This document shows, in pieces, positions 1-9,525 of a stretch of 64,000 bases of DNA; the stretch's first letter is position 1, and each line of letters begins with the position of its first letter. A model generated the notes under the pieces. The model saw nothing but the letters and a program-made list of their open reading frames with translations. It was not told the DNA's origin and ran no database searches. A program made the translations under genes and the position numbers. Origin of the DNA: Bradyrhizobium sp. GTDB lineage: Bacteria; Pseudomonadota; Alphaproteobacteria; Rhizobiales; Xanthobacteraceae. The stretch lies in assembly GCA_036273255.1 (NCBI GenBank), contig DASUIA010000192.1, positions 8,230-72,229 on the forward strand. Direction: 5' to 3'.

Positions 1-51
1 GGCGAACACGCGAGAGCGCGGCGCAGATCATGCGGCCGTCGGTCGCTGCAT

Positions 52-74
52 AAGATGCGAAAAAAATACGTATT
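52..74. promoter_or_regulatory. Candidate NsrR/Rrf2-like operator upstream of nxr operon
   Basis: AAGATGCGAAA-A-AAATACGTATT resembles the 11-1-11 NsrR consensus AAGATGYATTT-N-AAATRCATCTT; overlaps the perfect palindrome AAATACGTATTT (64-75). Confidence 0.4.
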
Positions 75-89
75 TGTGGGGCCGGCGCC

Positions 90-118
90 CTTGCAGTTTT
101 TTAAAATTAGTCTAGCGT
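90..118 (+). promoter_or_regulatory. Possible sigma70 promoter of nxr operon
   Basis: CTTGCA, a 16-nt AT-rich spacer, then CTAGCG, about 120 bp upstream of the cyt c ATG. Confidence 0.3.
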
Positions 119-235
119 TTGCATGCCGCCGCCGATCATGTGGATTGAGAACGGCGGATCATGAGCGGGAAGCGTCTGTAGCCGAGCCTTGAATAGCCGC
201 CCTTCCGATCATGTGGATCCAAGGATGAGGGGAAT

Positions 236-1231
236 ATGAGCGAGAAGCTCCTTGCGACCTGGCGATTGCCGTTCATTGTTGCGCTAGCAACGACCGCAGC
301 CATATGGACCGCGCTGCCGACCGCGGCGAACGCCGCGGATGCGGCGGCAGGCAAGCAACTATTCCAAGACAAGACTTGTTCGGCCTGTCACACCATTGGC
401 CAGGGTCCCCTTGTTGGCCCGGACCTGAAGGGCGTCACCACGAGGCGTCCGCACGATTGGCTGGAGCAATGGATCACGGCGCCGGATGCGGTGCTCGGCA
501 AGAAAGACGAGTACGCCGTCAAGTTGCTGCATGAATACCATGACGTCGAGATGCCGAACCTCGGGCTCAGCAAGGGCGACGTCGACAACCTCCTCGCTTA
601 TCTGGCAACTACCGCGTCGGGCGGTGGTGCGGCGGAGTCCGCTGCGCCGGCAGCCGCGGCCGCACCGGCCCCCAAGGGTGACGCCGACGCGGGCAAAGCT
701 CTTTTTACCGGCTCGGTGCGCTTTCAGAACGGCGGCCCGCCGTGCATGGCCTGTCATAGCACGGGCGGCATCGGCGCCTTGGGCGGCGGCCAGCTTGGGC
801 CCGACCTGACCACGGTTGCCACGCGCTTCGGCGGAGCGGCCGGGGTCAACGGCTTCATCGCCGGCTTGCCCACGCCCACCATGAAGGCGGTATGGTCACC
901 GCGCCCGCCGACACCCGAAGAGCGCGCGAACGTGGTCGCCTTCCTTGCCGGTCAGGCGGGGCTGAGCCAACGCTCGGCGTCGGATGTATGGCAACTCTTT
1001 GGTTTCACTGTGCTGGGTGCTGTGATCTTGCTGTTGATCGCGGGCTTCAGGTGGCAGAACCGGCTGAAATACGGGGTTCGGCGTCCAATGATGGCCACCC
1101 CCACCACCGGAAATGCCGGTCCTTATCACGGCGGCTGGTTTGCGGGTCCGTATGCCGACGGCTGGATGGGTAGGTTTAAATCGGGCGAGAAATACACGCT
1201 GCGCCGCTCGAAGGCACCGAGGAGACACTGA
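236..1231 (+). CDS. Membrane-anchored diheme cytochrome c (NXR-associated / NarC-like)
   Basis: Signal peptide, two CxxCH motifs (CSACH, CMACH) each followed by GPDL and a distal Met, Ala/Pro linker, C-terminal TM helix; TGATG overlap with nxrA. Confidence 0.9.
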   Translation: MSEKLLATWRLPFIVALATTAAIWTALPTAANAADAAAGKQLFQDKTCSACHTIGQGPLVGPDLKGVTTRRPHDWLEQWITAPDAVLGKKDEYAVKLLHEYHDVEMPNLGLSKGDVDNLLAYLATTASGGGAAESAAPAAAAAPAPKGDADAGKALFTGSVRFQNGGPPCMACHSTGGIGALGGGQLGPDLTTVATRFGGAAGVNGFIAGLPTPTMKAVWSPRPPTPEERANVVAFLAGQAGLSQRSASDVWQLFGFTVLGAVILLLIAGFRWQNRLKYGVRRPMMATPTTGNAGPYHGGWFAGPYADGWMGRFKSGEKYTLRRSKAPRRH

Positions 1232-4200
1232 TGAGCTGGATACTCGACCTAGTTAATCCCCAGGAACGCAAGTGGGAAGAGTTTTACCGCAATCGCTGGT
1301 CGCACGACAACGTCATACGTAGTACGCATGGCGTCAACTGCACCGGCGGTTGCTCCTGGGCGATCTACGTCAAGGACGGGATCATCACCTGGGAGATGCA
1401 GCAGACTGACTATCCGCTGCTCGAGCGCAGCTTGCCGCCCTATGAACCGCGCGGCTGCCAGCGCGGCATCTCTGCCTCGTGGTATGTCTACAGTCCGATC
1501 AGGGTGAAGTATCCCTATGTGCGCGGCCCACTGCTTGACCTGTGGCGCGAAGCAAAAGAGAAGAATTCCGACCCGATCAAGGCCTGGGCGTATCTGGTCG
1601 GGGACTCGCAAAAGCGTTCGCGCATCCAGAAGGCGCGCGGCAAAGGCGGTTACCGCCGCGCCAAATGGGACGACGTGGTTGAGTTGGTCGCTGCCGCCGC
1701 TCTGTATACGGCGCACAAATGGGGACCGGACCGGGTGATGGGCTTCTCGCCGATCCCGGCGATGTCGATGTGTTCCTATGCGGCGGGTTCACGCTTTCTG
1801 CAGCTCTTCGGCGGCGTGAACATGAGCTTCTACGACTGGTACGCCGACCTGCCGACATCGTTCCCGGAAATCTGGGGCGACCAGACCGACGTCTGTGAGA
1901 GCGCGGATTGGTACAACAGCAAGTTCGTCGTCTCGATGGCTGCGAACCTGAACATGACCCGCACCCCGGACGTGCACTTCATCTCGGAAGCGCGCACCGA
2001 GGGGACCAAGTTCGTCGTCCTGGCGCCGGACTTCAACCAGGTCGCCAAATACGCCGACGAGTGGATCCCGATCCAGGCGGGACAGGACACGGCGCTGTGG
2101 ATGTCCGTCAATCATGTCATCCTCAAGGAATTCTACCTCGATCGCCAGGTCCCATATTTCGTCGACTACATCAAGCGCTACACCGATCTTCCGTTCTTGG
2201 TCGAGCTGGTGCCCGATGGAAAGGCTTACCGCATGGGGCGGTTGCTGCGCGCCAAGCATCTGGAGCGTTACAAGGGCGTCGAAAACGGCGACTGGAAGAT
2301 GCTGGTGCTCGATGCCAAGAGCGGCGAGCCGCGCGTGCTCAAGGGCCAGGTTGGCGATCGCTGGGGTAGCACCCATGGCAAGTGGAACCTGTCCCCGGAG
2401 GACAGCCTGGACAACAGTCCCATCGATCCAGTGCTGAGCTTCATCGATCAATCGGATGCTGTCGTCCAGGTCGGGTTCGACGATTTCGTCGCCGACAAGA
2501 CGCTTTCGCGCGGCGTACCGGTAAAGCGTCTCGCCACCGACCGTGGCGAGGTTGTCGTCACCACCGGCTTCGACCTTCTGATGGCCCAGTTTGGCCACAG
2601 CCGCGGCCTCGACGGCGCCTACCCGGCGAGCTACGACGACCCGGAGGCTCCTTACACGCCGGCGTGGCAAGAGCGTCATACCGGCATCGGCCGCGAGACC
2701 GCGATCAGGTTCGCGCGCGAGTTTGCCCGCAACGCGGAGCTCACTTTCGGCAAGTCCATGGTCATCGTGGGTGCCAGCGCCAACCATTTTTACTACAACA
2801 ATCTCTGCTACCGCTCGGCCACCGTTGCGCTGATCCTGTGCGGCTGCTGCGGAGTCAACGGCGGCGGCATCAACCACTACGTCGGCCAGGAAAAGCTGGC
2901 TCCCGTTGCGCCCTGGAATACGATCGCCATGGCGCTCGACTGGAGCAAGCCGCCGCGGGTGGTGCAGTCGTCCACCTGGCACTACGCCCATAGCTGTCAG
3001 TGGCGCTATGAGCAGGAGTTCACTGAATACGCCAAGACAGCTCCGAACCCGCACTGGGCCAAGGGTCATGCCATAGACCTCGAGGCAAAGGCGGTGCGTA
3101 TGGGCTGGATGCCCTTCACACCGCACTTCAACAAGAACCCCCTCGACGTCGTGGCCGAGGCCGACCGCGCCGGCGCGAAGACCGACGCCGACGTCGTCTC
3201 GAGCGTCGTCGAGCAGATCAAAAACAAGAAGTTGAGCTTTGCGATCGATGATCCCGATGCTGAGGAGAGCTGGCCGCGGGTATGGTTCATCTGGCGCGGC
3301 AACGCGATCCAGGCGAGCGCCAAGGGGCACGAGTACTTCTTGCGCCATTACCTCGGAACGCACGACAACGCCATCGCCGAGGATCGGGCCCGGGGCAAGA
3401 CCAACAGGGTGAAGTATCGCGATACGGCACCGCGCGGAAAGTATGACCTGGTGGTCGACCTAAACTTCCGCATGGATACCTCGTCGCTCTACTCCGACAT
3501 CGTGCTTCCGGCGGCGTTCTGGTACGAGAAGAACGACCTCAACACGACCGACCTGCACTCGTTCCTGCACGTGCTGGGGCAAGCGGTGCCGCCGGTATGG
3601 GAATCCAAGACGGACTGGGAGATCTTCAAGCTGTTCGCGAAGAAGGTCAGCGAAATGGCGCCGCTCGTCTTTCCCGGACCGATGCGGGACATTACCTGCA
3701 CTCCGCTCATACACGATACGCCTGACGAACTGGCGCAGCCGGAGATCCTCGACTGGGCCGAGGGCGAGTGCGAGCCGGTGCCGGGCAAGACCTTCCCGCA
3801 TCTTCGGGTGGTCGAGCGCGACTACGCGAACTTGTACAACAAGTTCATCTCGTTCGGGCCGCGTGCGCGGGAGGAAGGCATCTCTGCGGTCGGCGTGCAG
3901 ATCCCGATCAAGAGACAGTACGACCAAATGCTTGAGAATCCGATACAGCCGATGCCCGACCCGAGGCACATGCGTTGTGTCCAGTGGGGCGGCAAACGGT
4001 ATCCGAGTCTCGAGGACGTGCTGGACGCGGCCAATACCATTCTGGCAACCGCGCCGGAGGCCAATGGCGAGGTTTGCTATCAGGCCTTCCACCATGAACA
4101 GGAGCACGTCGGCCTCCCGCTCGTCGATATTGCCGAGCCGACGCGCGCTCATACCGTGACGTTCTACGACCTCACACGGCAGCCGAGGCGCATTCTCACC

Positions 4201-4875
4201 AGCCCGTGCTGGACCGGCATGACCAACGACGGCCGCGCCTACTCGGCCTGGTGCATGAACGTTGAGCGGTTGGTACCCTGGCGTACGCTCACCGGCCGGC
4301 AATCGCTGTACCTCGATCACCAGTGGTACCTCGACTTCGGCGAGCACATCCCGACCTACAAACCCAGGCTGCACCCGCGCAAGACCGGCGACATCCGGAA
4401 TAGCCGGGTTGATGACCGGTCGCTGGTATTGAACTACCTTACACCGCACGGCAAGTGGAACATCCATTCCACTTACAAGGACAACCACCGTATGCTAATG
4501 CTGTCGCGCGGCATGGATCCGGTATGGATCAACGACAGAGACGCCGAGCGGGTAGGCATCGAAGACAACGACTGGGTCGAGGTCTACAATGACAACGGCG
4601 TGGTGGTAACCCGCGCCAATGTCAGCCGCCGAATCCAGCCGGGCACCTGCATGTACTACCACGCGGTCGAACGCACGGTGTACATCCCGATATCGCAGGA
4701 GCGCGGCAAGCGCGCCGGCGGCCACAACAGCCTGACGCGTGTCCGCATCAACCCGCTGTTCATGGCGGGTGGCTACGCGCAGTTCACTTACGCCTTCAAC
4801 TACTGGGGTCCCACCGGAATCATGACGCGAGATACCCATTGCGTCGTGCGTAAGATGGAGAAGCTGGAATGGTAG
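1231..4875 (+). CDS. nxrA: Nitrite oxidoreductase alpha subunit, Nitrobacter-type (NarG-family Mo-bisPGD enzyme)
   Basis: 1214 aa, no Tat signal, HGVNCTGGC...GCQRG FS0 motif, [10 protein letters not shown] Mo-ligand Asp; N-terminus [10 protein letters not shown] and C-terminus RKMEKLEW match Nitrobacter NxrA as I recall it; operon context. Confidence 0.9.
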   Translation: MSWILDLVNPQERKWEEFYRNRWSHDNVIRSTHGVNCTGGCSWAIYVKDGIITWEMQQTDYPLLERSLPPYEPRGCQRGISASWYVYSPIRVKYPYVRGPLLDLWREAKEKNSDPIKAWAYLVGDSQKRSRIQKARGKGGYRRAKWDDVVELVAAAALYTAHKWGPDRVMGFSPIPAMSMCSYAAGSRFLQLFGGVNMSFYDWYADLPTSFPEIWGDQTDVCESADWYNSKFVVSMAANLNMTRTPDVHFISEARTEGTKFVVLAPDFNQVAKYADEWIPIQAGQDTALWMSVNHVILKEFYLDRQVPYFVDYIKRYTDLPFLVELVPDGKAYRMGRLLRAKHLERYKGVENGDWKMLVLDAKSGEPRVLKGQVGDRWGSTHGKWNLSPEDSLDNSPIDPVLSFIDQSDAVVQVGFDDFVADKTLSRGVPVKRLATDRGEVVVTTGFDLLMAQFGHSRGLDGAYPASYDDPEAPYTPAWQERHTGIGRETAIRFAREFARNAELTFGKSMVIVGASANHFYYNNLCYRSATVALILCGCCGVNGGGINHYVGQEKLAPVAPWNTIAMALDWSKPPRVVQSSTWHYAHSCQWRYEQEFTEYAKTAPNPHWAKGHAIDLEAKAVRMGWMPFTPHFNKNPLDVVAEADRAGAKTDADVVSSVVEQIKNKKLSFAIDDPDAEESWPRVWFIWRGNAIQASAKGHEYFLRHYLGTHDNAIAEDRARGKTNRVKYRDTAPRGKYDLVVDLNFRMDTSSLYSDIVLPAAFWYEKNDLNTTDLHSFLHVLGQAVPPVWESKTDWEIFKLFAKKVSEMAPLVFPGPMRDITCTPLIHDTPDELAQPEILDWAEGECEPVPGKTFPHLRVVERDYANLYNKFISFGPRAREEGISAVGVQIPIKRQYDQMLENPIQPMPDPRHMRCVQWGGKRYPSLEDVLDAANTILATAPEANGEVCYQAFHHEQEHVGLPLVDIAEPTRAHTVTFYDLTRQPRRILTSPCWTGMTNDGRAYSAWCMNVERLVPWRTLTGRQSLYLDHQWYLDFGEHIPTYKPRLHPRKTGDIRNSRVDDRSLVLNYLTPHGKWNIHSTYKDNHRMLMLSRGMDPVWINDRDAERVGIEDNDWVEVYNDNGVVVTRANVSRRIQPGTCMYYHAVERTVYIPISQERGKRAGGHNSLTRVRINPLFMAGGYAQFTYAFNYWGPTGIMTRDTHCVVRKMEKLEW

Positions 4876-5582
4876 GTGCTCCCCCGACTCATTCGCATGA
4901 CCATGACCATGACCACGACCACGACCATGACCATGAGCATGAGCATGAAGTTGCGCCGGCGGAATTCCGCCTGCCGGCGCAGGTCAGCAACGGAAAGTAC
5001 GTGACTTTCAACTACACGCTGCGCACCAATGGCACGATTCGCCACATCCGTTCGGCGGTGTGGGGCGACGAGCCGCTGGAGTATCAACACGGCAGCGGGC
5101 GGCTGCTGCCCGCCCTCGAACGCGCCCTTGATGGCAGGGTAGAGGGCGAGCGCTTCGAGGTGACGCTGCCGCCCGAAGATGCTTATGGCGAGCGCGACAA
5201 GGAGTTGCAGCAGCGGGTGCCCGCCGAGACGTTTGGCGGGGTAGACCAGATTGAGCCCGGGATGTGTTTTCTCGCGCGTAGCGATGATGACCGCCGCGTG
5301 GAGAGCGTGATCGTCACCGAGGTCGACGAAGACAACGGTTACGTGGTGGTCGATACCAATCACCCGCTCGCCGGGATGACGCTCGAGTTCGAGGTCAGCG
5401 TGGTAGCGGTACGCGACTTCGCGACGTTACCGGGGACTAGCCCGCCCAATCCAGTCCTGGCCGGCATGGGCGACGGCCTTGCGCTCGCTGCCGCGCGAGC
5501 GACGCTCGAGTCGCGACGTAAACCGGGTAACGGCGAGGCGCCGGAACCGCCCGCGCACAACGGCGGAATCGGCAACGCATAG
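4869..5582 (+). CDS. nxrX: NxrX, SlyD-like FKBP peptidyl-prolyl isomerase with N-terminal His/acidic tract
   Basis: [25 protein letters not shown] and [20 protein letters not shown]/SlyD motifs; sits between nxrA and nxrB as in Nitrobacter. Confidence 0.85.
   Translation: MVGAPPTHSHDHDHDHDHDHDHEHEHEVAPAEFRLPAQVSNGKYVTFNYTLRTNGTIRHIRSAVWGDEPLEYQHGSGRLLPALERALDGRVEGERFEVTLPPEDAYGERDKELQQRVPAETFGGVDQIEPGMCFLARSDDDRRVESVIVTEVDEDNGYVVVDTNHPLAGMTLEFEVSVVAVRDFATLPGTSPPNPVLAGMGDGLALAAARATLESRRKPGNGEAPEPPAHNGGIGNA
4896..4949 (+). repeat. Hexamer tandem repeat (CAYGAV)x9 encoding (HD)6(HE)3
   Basis: catgac catgac catgac cacgac cacgac catgac catgag catgag catgaa. Confidence 0.95.
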
Positions 5583-5585
5583 GCA

Positions 5586-5632
5586 CGAAACCATCAGAAC
5601 GAAGCTACAAGCTCGAAGCCATAGGAACGAAG
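5586..5632 (+). repeat. Imperfect 19-bp direct repeat in nxrB leader
   Basis: CGAAACCATCAGAACGAAG (5586-5604) vs CGAAGCCATAGGAACGAAG (5614-5632), 16/19 identical; second copy runs into the AGGAG SD. Confidence 0.7.
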
Positions 5633-5642
5633 GAGACTACAC

Positions 5643-7184
5643 ATGGACATCCGATCTCAAGTTTCGATGGTCTTTCACCTGGATAAATGTATCGGCTGCC
5701 ACACCTGCAGCATCGCGTGCAAGAACATCTGGACCGACCGCAAGGGCACCGAGTACATGTACTGGAACAACGTGGAGACCAAGCCGGGTACCGGCTACCC
5801 GACACGTTGGGAGGACCAGAACAAATACCGCGGCGGCTGGATGGTCGACGGGAAGAGGGAGAAGAGCCTCCGGCTGCGCCTGCAGGGCAAATGGGGCACG
5901 CTGAGCAACATCTTCTACAATCCCTATCTGCCAACGCTCGACGACTATTTCGAGCCCTGGACCTACGACTACCAGAACCTGTTCAACGCGCCCGAAGGCG
6001 AGCAGCAGCCCACCGCGCGCGCCATTTCGATGGTTACCGGCAAGTACATGGACACCATCGAGGCGGGCCCGAACTGGGACGACGACCTCGGCGGCTCGCA
6101 GGTCTACGCCAACAACGACCCGAATTTCGACGGCGCCTCCGACGAGGAAATGCGCCAGATCAACGAGATCAACCAAACCGTCTTCTTCTATCTGCCGCGT
6201 ATCTGCAACCACTGCCTCAATCCGGGCTGCGTGGCGGCCTGCCCGCAGGGAGCGATCTACAAGCGCGGCGAGGACGGCGTGGTGCTGGTCAGCCAGGAAC
6301 GTTGCCGTGCCTGGCGCATGTGCGTCTCGGGCTGCCCCTACAAGAAGACCTACTTCAACTGGTCGACCGGCAAGGCCGAGAAGTGCATCCTGTGCTATCC
6401 GCGCCTCGAAAGCGGGCAGCCTCCGGCATGCTTCCACTCATGCGTGGGACGTATCCGCTACATCGGCCTGGTGCTCTACGACGCCGATGCCATCGAGCAG
6501 ACGGCCATGGCGCCGCAAGACCGGCTGGTGATGGCGCAGCGCGACATCATCAAGGACCCGTTCGATCCGGCGGTGATCGCTGCCGCGAAGGCGAGTGGGG
6601 TTCCCGACTCGAAGATCACCGCGGCGCAACAATCGCCCGTCTACCAATTCGTCAAGAAGTGGGGACTGGCGCTGCCGCTGCATCCGGAGTTCCGGACCCT
6701 GCCGATGCTCTTCTACGTGCCGCCGCTGGGGCCGGTGCTCGCCAAGGTGGAAAACGGCGTGTACGACAACGTTGCCGCAGAGGCGAGGTTGGGGCCGTTG
6801 ATGAGCTCGCTCGAAAGATCGCGTATCCCGCTGCGCTATATGGCGAGCCTGTTGTCGGGAGGCAATGAAGAGATCATCCGCGACGTCTATCGCAAGCTGG
6901 TCGCGGTGCGTGTCTACATGCGCTCGAAGAAGGTCAAGGACATACCTGAGGAAGAGGTGCAACGGGCGCTCACCGAAGGCAAGACCACTGCGGAGGAGGT
7001 AGAGGCGATCTGGCGGCTGACTTCGATGCCGACCTTCGAAGAGCGCTTCGTGGTTCCCCCGATGGAACGCGAATCGGGCGTCGATGCGCTGTTCCCGGTG
7101 CTCGATCCGGTCTCGCGCAACTACCCGGTTCGCAAGGGCGCGGTCGGTGTCGGCTTCCACACGGATCCTGCCAGAGGGCCATAA
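5643..7184 (+). CDS. nxrB: Nitrite oxidoreductase beta subunit (Fe-S, NarH family)
   Basis: 513 aa; CIGCHTCSIACK, CNHCLNPGCVAACP, CRAWRMCVSGCP and CILCYPR..CFHSC Fe-S motifs; ends GFHTDPARGP like Nitrobacter NxrB (recalled). Confidence 0.92.
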   Translation: MDIRSQVSMVFHLDKCIGCHTCSIACKNIWTDRKGTEYMYWNNVETKPGTGYPTRWEDQNKYRGGWMVDGKREKSLRLRLQGKWGTLSNIFYNPYLPTLDDYFEPWTYDYQNLFNAPEGEQQPTARAISMVTGKYMDTIEAGPNWDDDLGGSQVYANNDPNFDGASDEEMRQINEINQTVFFYLPRICNHCLNPGCVAACPQGAIYKRGEDGVVLVSQERCRAWRMCVSGCPYKKTYFNWSTGKAEKCILCYPRLESGQPPACFHSCVGRIRYIGLVLYDADAIEQTAMAPQDRLVMAQRDIIKDPFDPAVIAAAKASGVPDSKITAAQQSPVYQFVKKWGLALPLHPEFRTLPMLFYVPPLGPVLAKVENGVYDNVAAEARLGPLMSSLERSRIPLRYMASLLSGGNEEIIRDVYRKLVAVRVYMRSKKVKDIPEEEVQRALTEGKTTAEEVEAIWRLTSMPTFEERFVVPPMERESGVDALFPVLDPVSRNYPVRKGAVGVGFHTDPARGP

Positions 7185-7202
7185 GCCGGCTATCGCAACG
7201 CG

Positions 7203-7322
7203 GAACGCGAGACCGCGGTCGAGCCCAGGTTTCCGGTGCTCGACCATATCTCGCCCAACCGCCGGCCTCGCAAAGGCGAGGCCGGTGTCGGCTGTCACGC
7301 TAATCTGCCCAGAGGCCCATGA
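7203..7322 (+). repeat. Degenerate tandem copy of the last 40 codons of nxrB (7065-7184)
   Basis: Translates in the nxrB frame as ERETAVEPRFPVLDHISPNRRPRKGEAGVGCHANLPRGP* vs ERESGVDALFPVLDPVSRNYPVRKGAVGVGFHTDPARGP*; 21/39 identical, no indels. Confidence 0.9.
7262..7285 (+). other. GC-rich stem-loop between nxrB and narJ
   Basis: CCGGCCTCGC-AAAG-GCGAGGCCGG perfect 10-bp stem; no U tract. Confidence 0.75.
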
Positions 7323-8344
7323 GTCGTTTCTCGCATCGCGCACAAGTTCTTTATGCGAACCGCACCAAGGTGTTGGCGCTGTTCGCGGATATCCTCGACT
7401 ATCCCGCTCCGGGACTGGCTCGCAAAACGGAAGAATGCGCCGCGCTGATCGGCTCGGTGCAACCGCAGGCGGCCAAGTTGCTGAAGAACTTTCGCGACTT
7501 TGCCGAGGAGAACCCGCTCGGCAAGCTTCAGGAGGTTTACAGCGGATTCTTCGACCTGAACTCCATCTGCCATCCCTATGTGGGTTATCAGCTATTCGGC
7601 GAGAACTACAAGCGCAGCGTCTTCCTGGTCGGGCTCAAGAAGAGCTATCGCGCCGAGGGCTTCGAGGCGAGCCCGGACGAAATTCCCGACCGGCTGTCGG
7701 TCGTGCTGCGCTACGCCGCCGAGAGCAAGAGCGACGACGTCGACGACCTGCTGGCCAAGGGGCTGTTGCCCGCGCTCGAGCGCATGACGACCAAGCCTGA
7801 AACCGAGGGCCACCAACACGGGCATGCCGATATCGACGGTGATACCGGCATCGAACGCGCGAAGCTCGACGAGCGCGAAGATCGCAGGCAACGCAACGAC
7901 ATGGCGCGCCAGGCGCGCAAGCAGCTCAATGGCCAGGACAAGGCCGATGACCGCAAGCAGCTCAAAGGGCAAAGCGGGGACACCCTCGAGGGCGGCTTCC
8001 TGCTGGCGATGAGCGATGATTACGATATCGATGAAGTCGAAAAGCGCGTGCACCCCTACCATCAGGCGCTCGACGCACTGCGTCTGCTGCTGCATGAAGG
8101 CATGACACAGAAGGGCGTCGACCGCACTGCCGAGCAGGAACGCGTTCTTGGCTGGACGCGCGAGCGCTTCAGCCTCGACGACGAAGAGACCATCATGGTG
8201 TCGGAACTCCCCTGTTCCGATCCAGGGTGTCCGCCGGTCGAAACGCATGTCGTGTTCTGGACCCAGGCCGGACGTCAACATTTCAAGGTTTTCAAGCCAC
8301 TTGCTGAGGTCGCGGCTGACGACCTGCTGGATTGGCGAGCGTGA
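7319..8344 (+). CDS. narJ: NarJ-like molybdoenzyme chaperone (delta subunit) with charged insertion and extra C-terminal Cys domain
   Basis: ILDYP, LQEVYSGFFDL..CHPYVGYQLFGENYKR, EIPDRLSVVL and HPYHQAL NarJ motifs; C-terminal ELPCSDPGCPPVET domain. Confidence 0.85.
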   Translation: MSRFSHRAQVLYANRTKVLALFADILDYPAPGLARKTEECAALIGSVQPQAAKLLKNFRDFAEENPLGKLQEVYSGFFDLNSICHPYVGYQLFGENYKRSVFLVGLKKSYRAEGFEASPDEIPDRLSVVLRYAAESKSDDVDDLLAKGLLPALERMTTKPETEGHQHGHADIDGDTGIERAKLDEREDRRQRNDMARQARKQLNGQDKADDRKQLKGQSGDTLEGGFLLAMSDDYDIDEVEKRVHPYHQALDALRLLLHEGMTQKGVDRTAEQERVLGWTRERFSLDDEETIMVSELPCSDPGCPPVETHVVFWTQAGRQHFKVFKPLAEVAADDLLDWRA

Positions 8345-8357
8345 GGAGGCAGGTGCA

Positions 8358-9050
8358 ATGAACGACACTATTCTGTTCGTGGCTTTTCCATATGTGGCGA
8401 TCGTGCTGGCGATCGCGGGCGGGGTCTATCGCTACCGCGCCAACCGCTTCTCATACTCCACGCTGTCTTCGCAGCTTCTGGAAAACCGCCGTCTGTTCTG
8501 GGGTTCGGTGCCGTGGCACTACGGCATCGTCGTGGTGTTGCTCGCGCACATGATCGGGTTCCTCATTCCCGGCATGTGGTCGAGTTTCACAGCTACGCCG
8601 GGAGTCCTGTACACGGTCGAGCTGATTGGCTTTGCGTTCGGGCTGGCCGCGCTGATCGGGCTGTGCGTACTGATCGTGCGCCGCTTCACGACCCCGCGCA
8701 TCCTCGCCGTGACGAGCCCGATGGACGGGCTGCTGCTGCTCGCGCTGCTCGTGCAGGTGGCTCTCGGCTTCTATGTGTCGCTGAACTACCGCTGGGGCGC
8801 TGACTGGTACGTCGACACGGCCGTGCCATGGCTGATCTCGCTGGTGAGCCTGAATCCGCAGACGCACTACGTCTCGGCTTTGCCGTGGGCAGTCAAGGCT
8901 CACATGCTCAACGGGTTCGTGGTAATCCTGCTGTTCCCTTTCTCGCGGCTGGTACATCTGATCATGTTCCCGTTCTGGTACCTGTGGCGGCCCTATCAGC
9001 TCGTCATCAGAAACAACCCTGCCAGGAGCACCGCCGGGGTCATCCACTAA
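8358..9050 (+). CDS. narI: NarI-like gamma subunit, membrane cytochrome b
   Basis: SSQLLE..LFWGSVPWHYGI..LLAH, KAHM..FPFSRLVH heme-b His motifs, 5 TM; GGAGG SD before ATG 8358. Confidence 0.92.
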   Translation: MNDTILFVAFPYVAIVLAIAGGVYRYRANRFSYSTLSSQLLENRRLFWGSVPWHYGIVVVLLAHMIGFLIPGMWSSFTATPGVLYTVELIGFAFGLAALIGLCVLIVRRFTTPRILAVTSPMDGLLLLALLVQVALGFYVSLNYRWGADWYVDTAVPWLISLVSLNPQTHYVSALPWAVKAHMLNGFVVILLFPFSRLVHLIMFPFWYLWRPYQLVIRNNPARSTAGVIH

Positions 9051-9525
9051 CGCCTCGGAATGGGTTTCGATCGGAAACCGATGGACACACGTGAAGACCA
9101 CGTGCAGGAATGCTCTGGCGCGAGGATGATCTCGAGAGCTGACCCTTTCTTGGCTCGCCCAGGTCCATTTCGCCGACCATTGATCAAATGTGAAAGAACG
9201 CGGTAACGGCTTCCGACAAATGTTCCGGAATCGAGGAAAGTCTAGTGACTTGCCTCGATTCGAACGCGAGAGCGCCAGCCGCTCGACCATGATTGTCGTT
9301 GGCGCGGACCGACCTGGTATGATTTGCGCAAATGGCCTGACAACGTTATGCATGGCCTCCAGCAGCCCCTCCTGAGCGTCGCCCGCAGGCTTTCGGCCGG
9401 GCGGGGGCGTGATCGGCATTCTTCTCTAGTTCACCGGAGTCTGTGGGTTGGATGCACTTGGTGATCCAGCGGGTGATGCGCAATTGGGCAGGCGAATTCA
9501 TGGGCAGGGTGGAAACTCCCGGTTC

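Noticed and set aside
1789-4488. Long antisense ORFs opposite nxrA (and similar ones opposite cbbL, eryB, smoE)
   Set aside because: Typical high-GC codon-bias shadows with no motifs
5629-5639. Identical GAAGGAGACTA before nxrB and cbbL (49867-49877) as a shared regulatory element
   Set aside because: Mostly a strong SD sequence; coincidence is sufficient
1231-9050. Ordinary respiratory narGHJI operon
   Set aside because: The FKBP gene between alpha and beta, the upstream diheme cyt c and Nitrobacter-like termini favour NXR-type; nitrate-reducing activity is still possible
9180-9193. FNR/FixK box (TTGAT-CAAA-TGTGA)
   Set aside because: Second half-site does not match ATCAA
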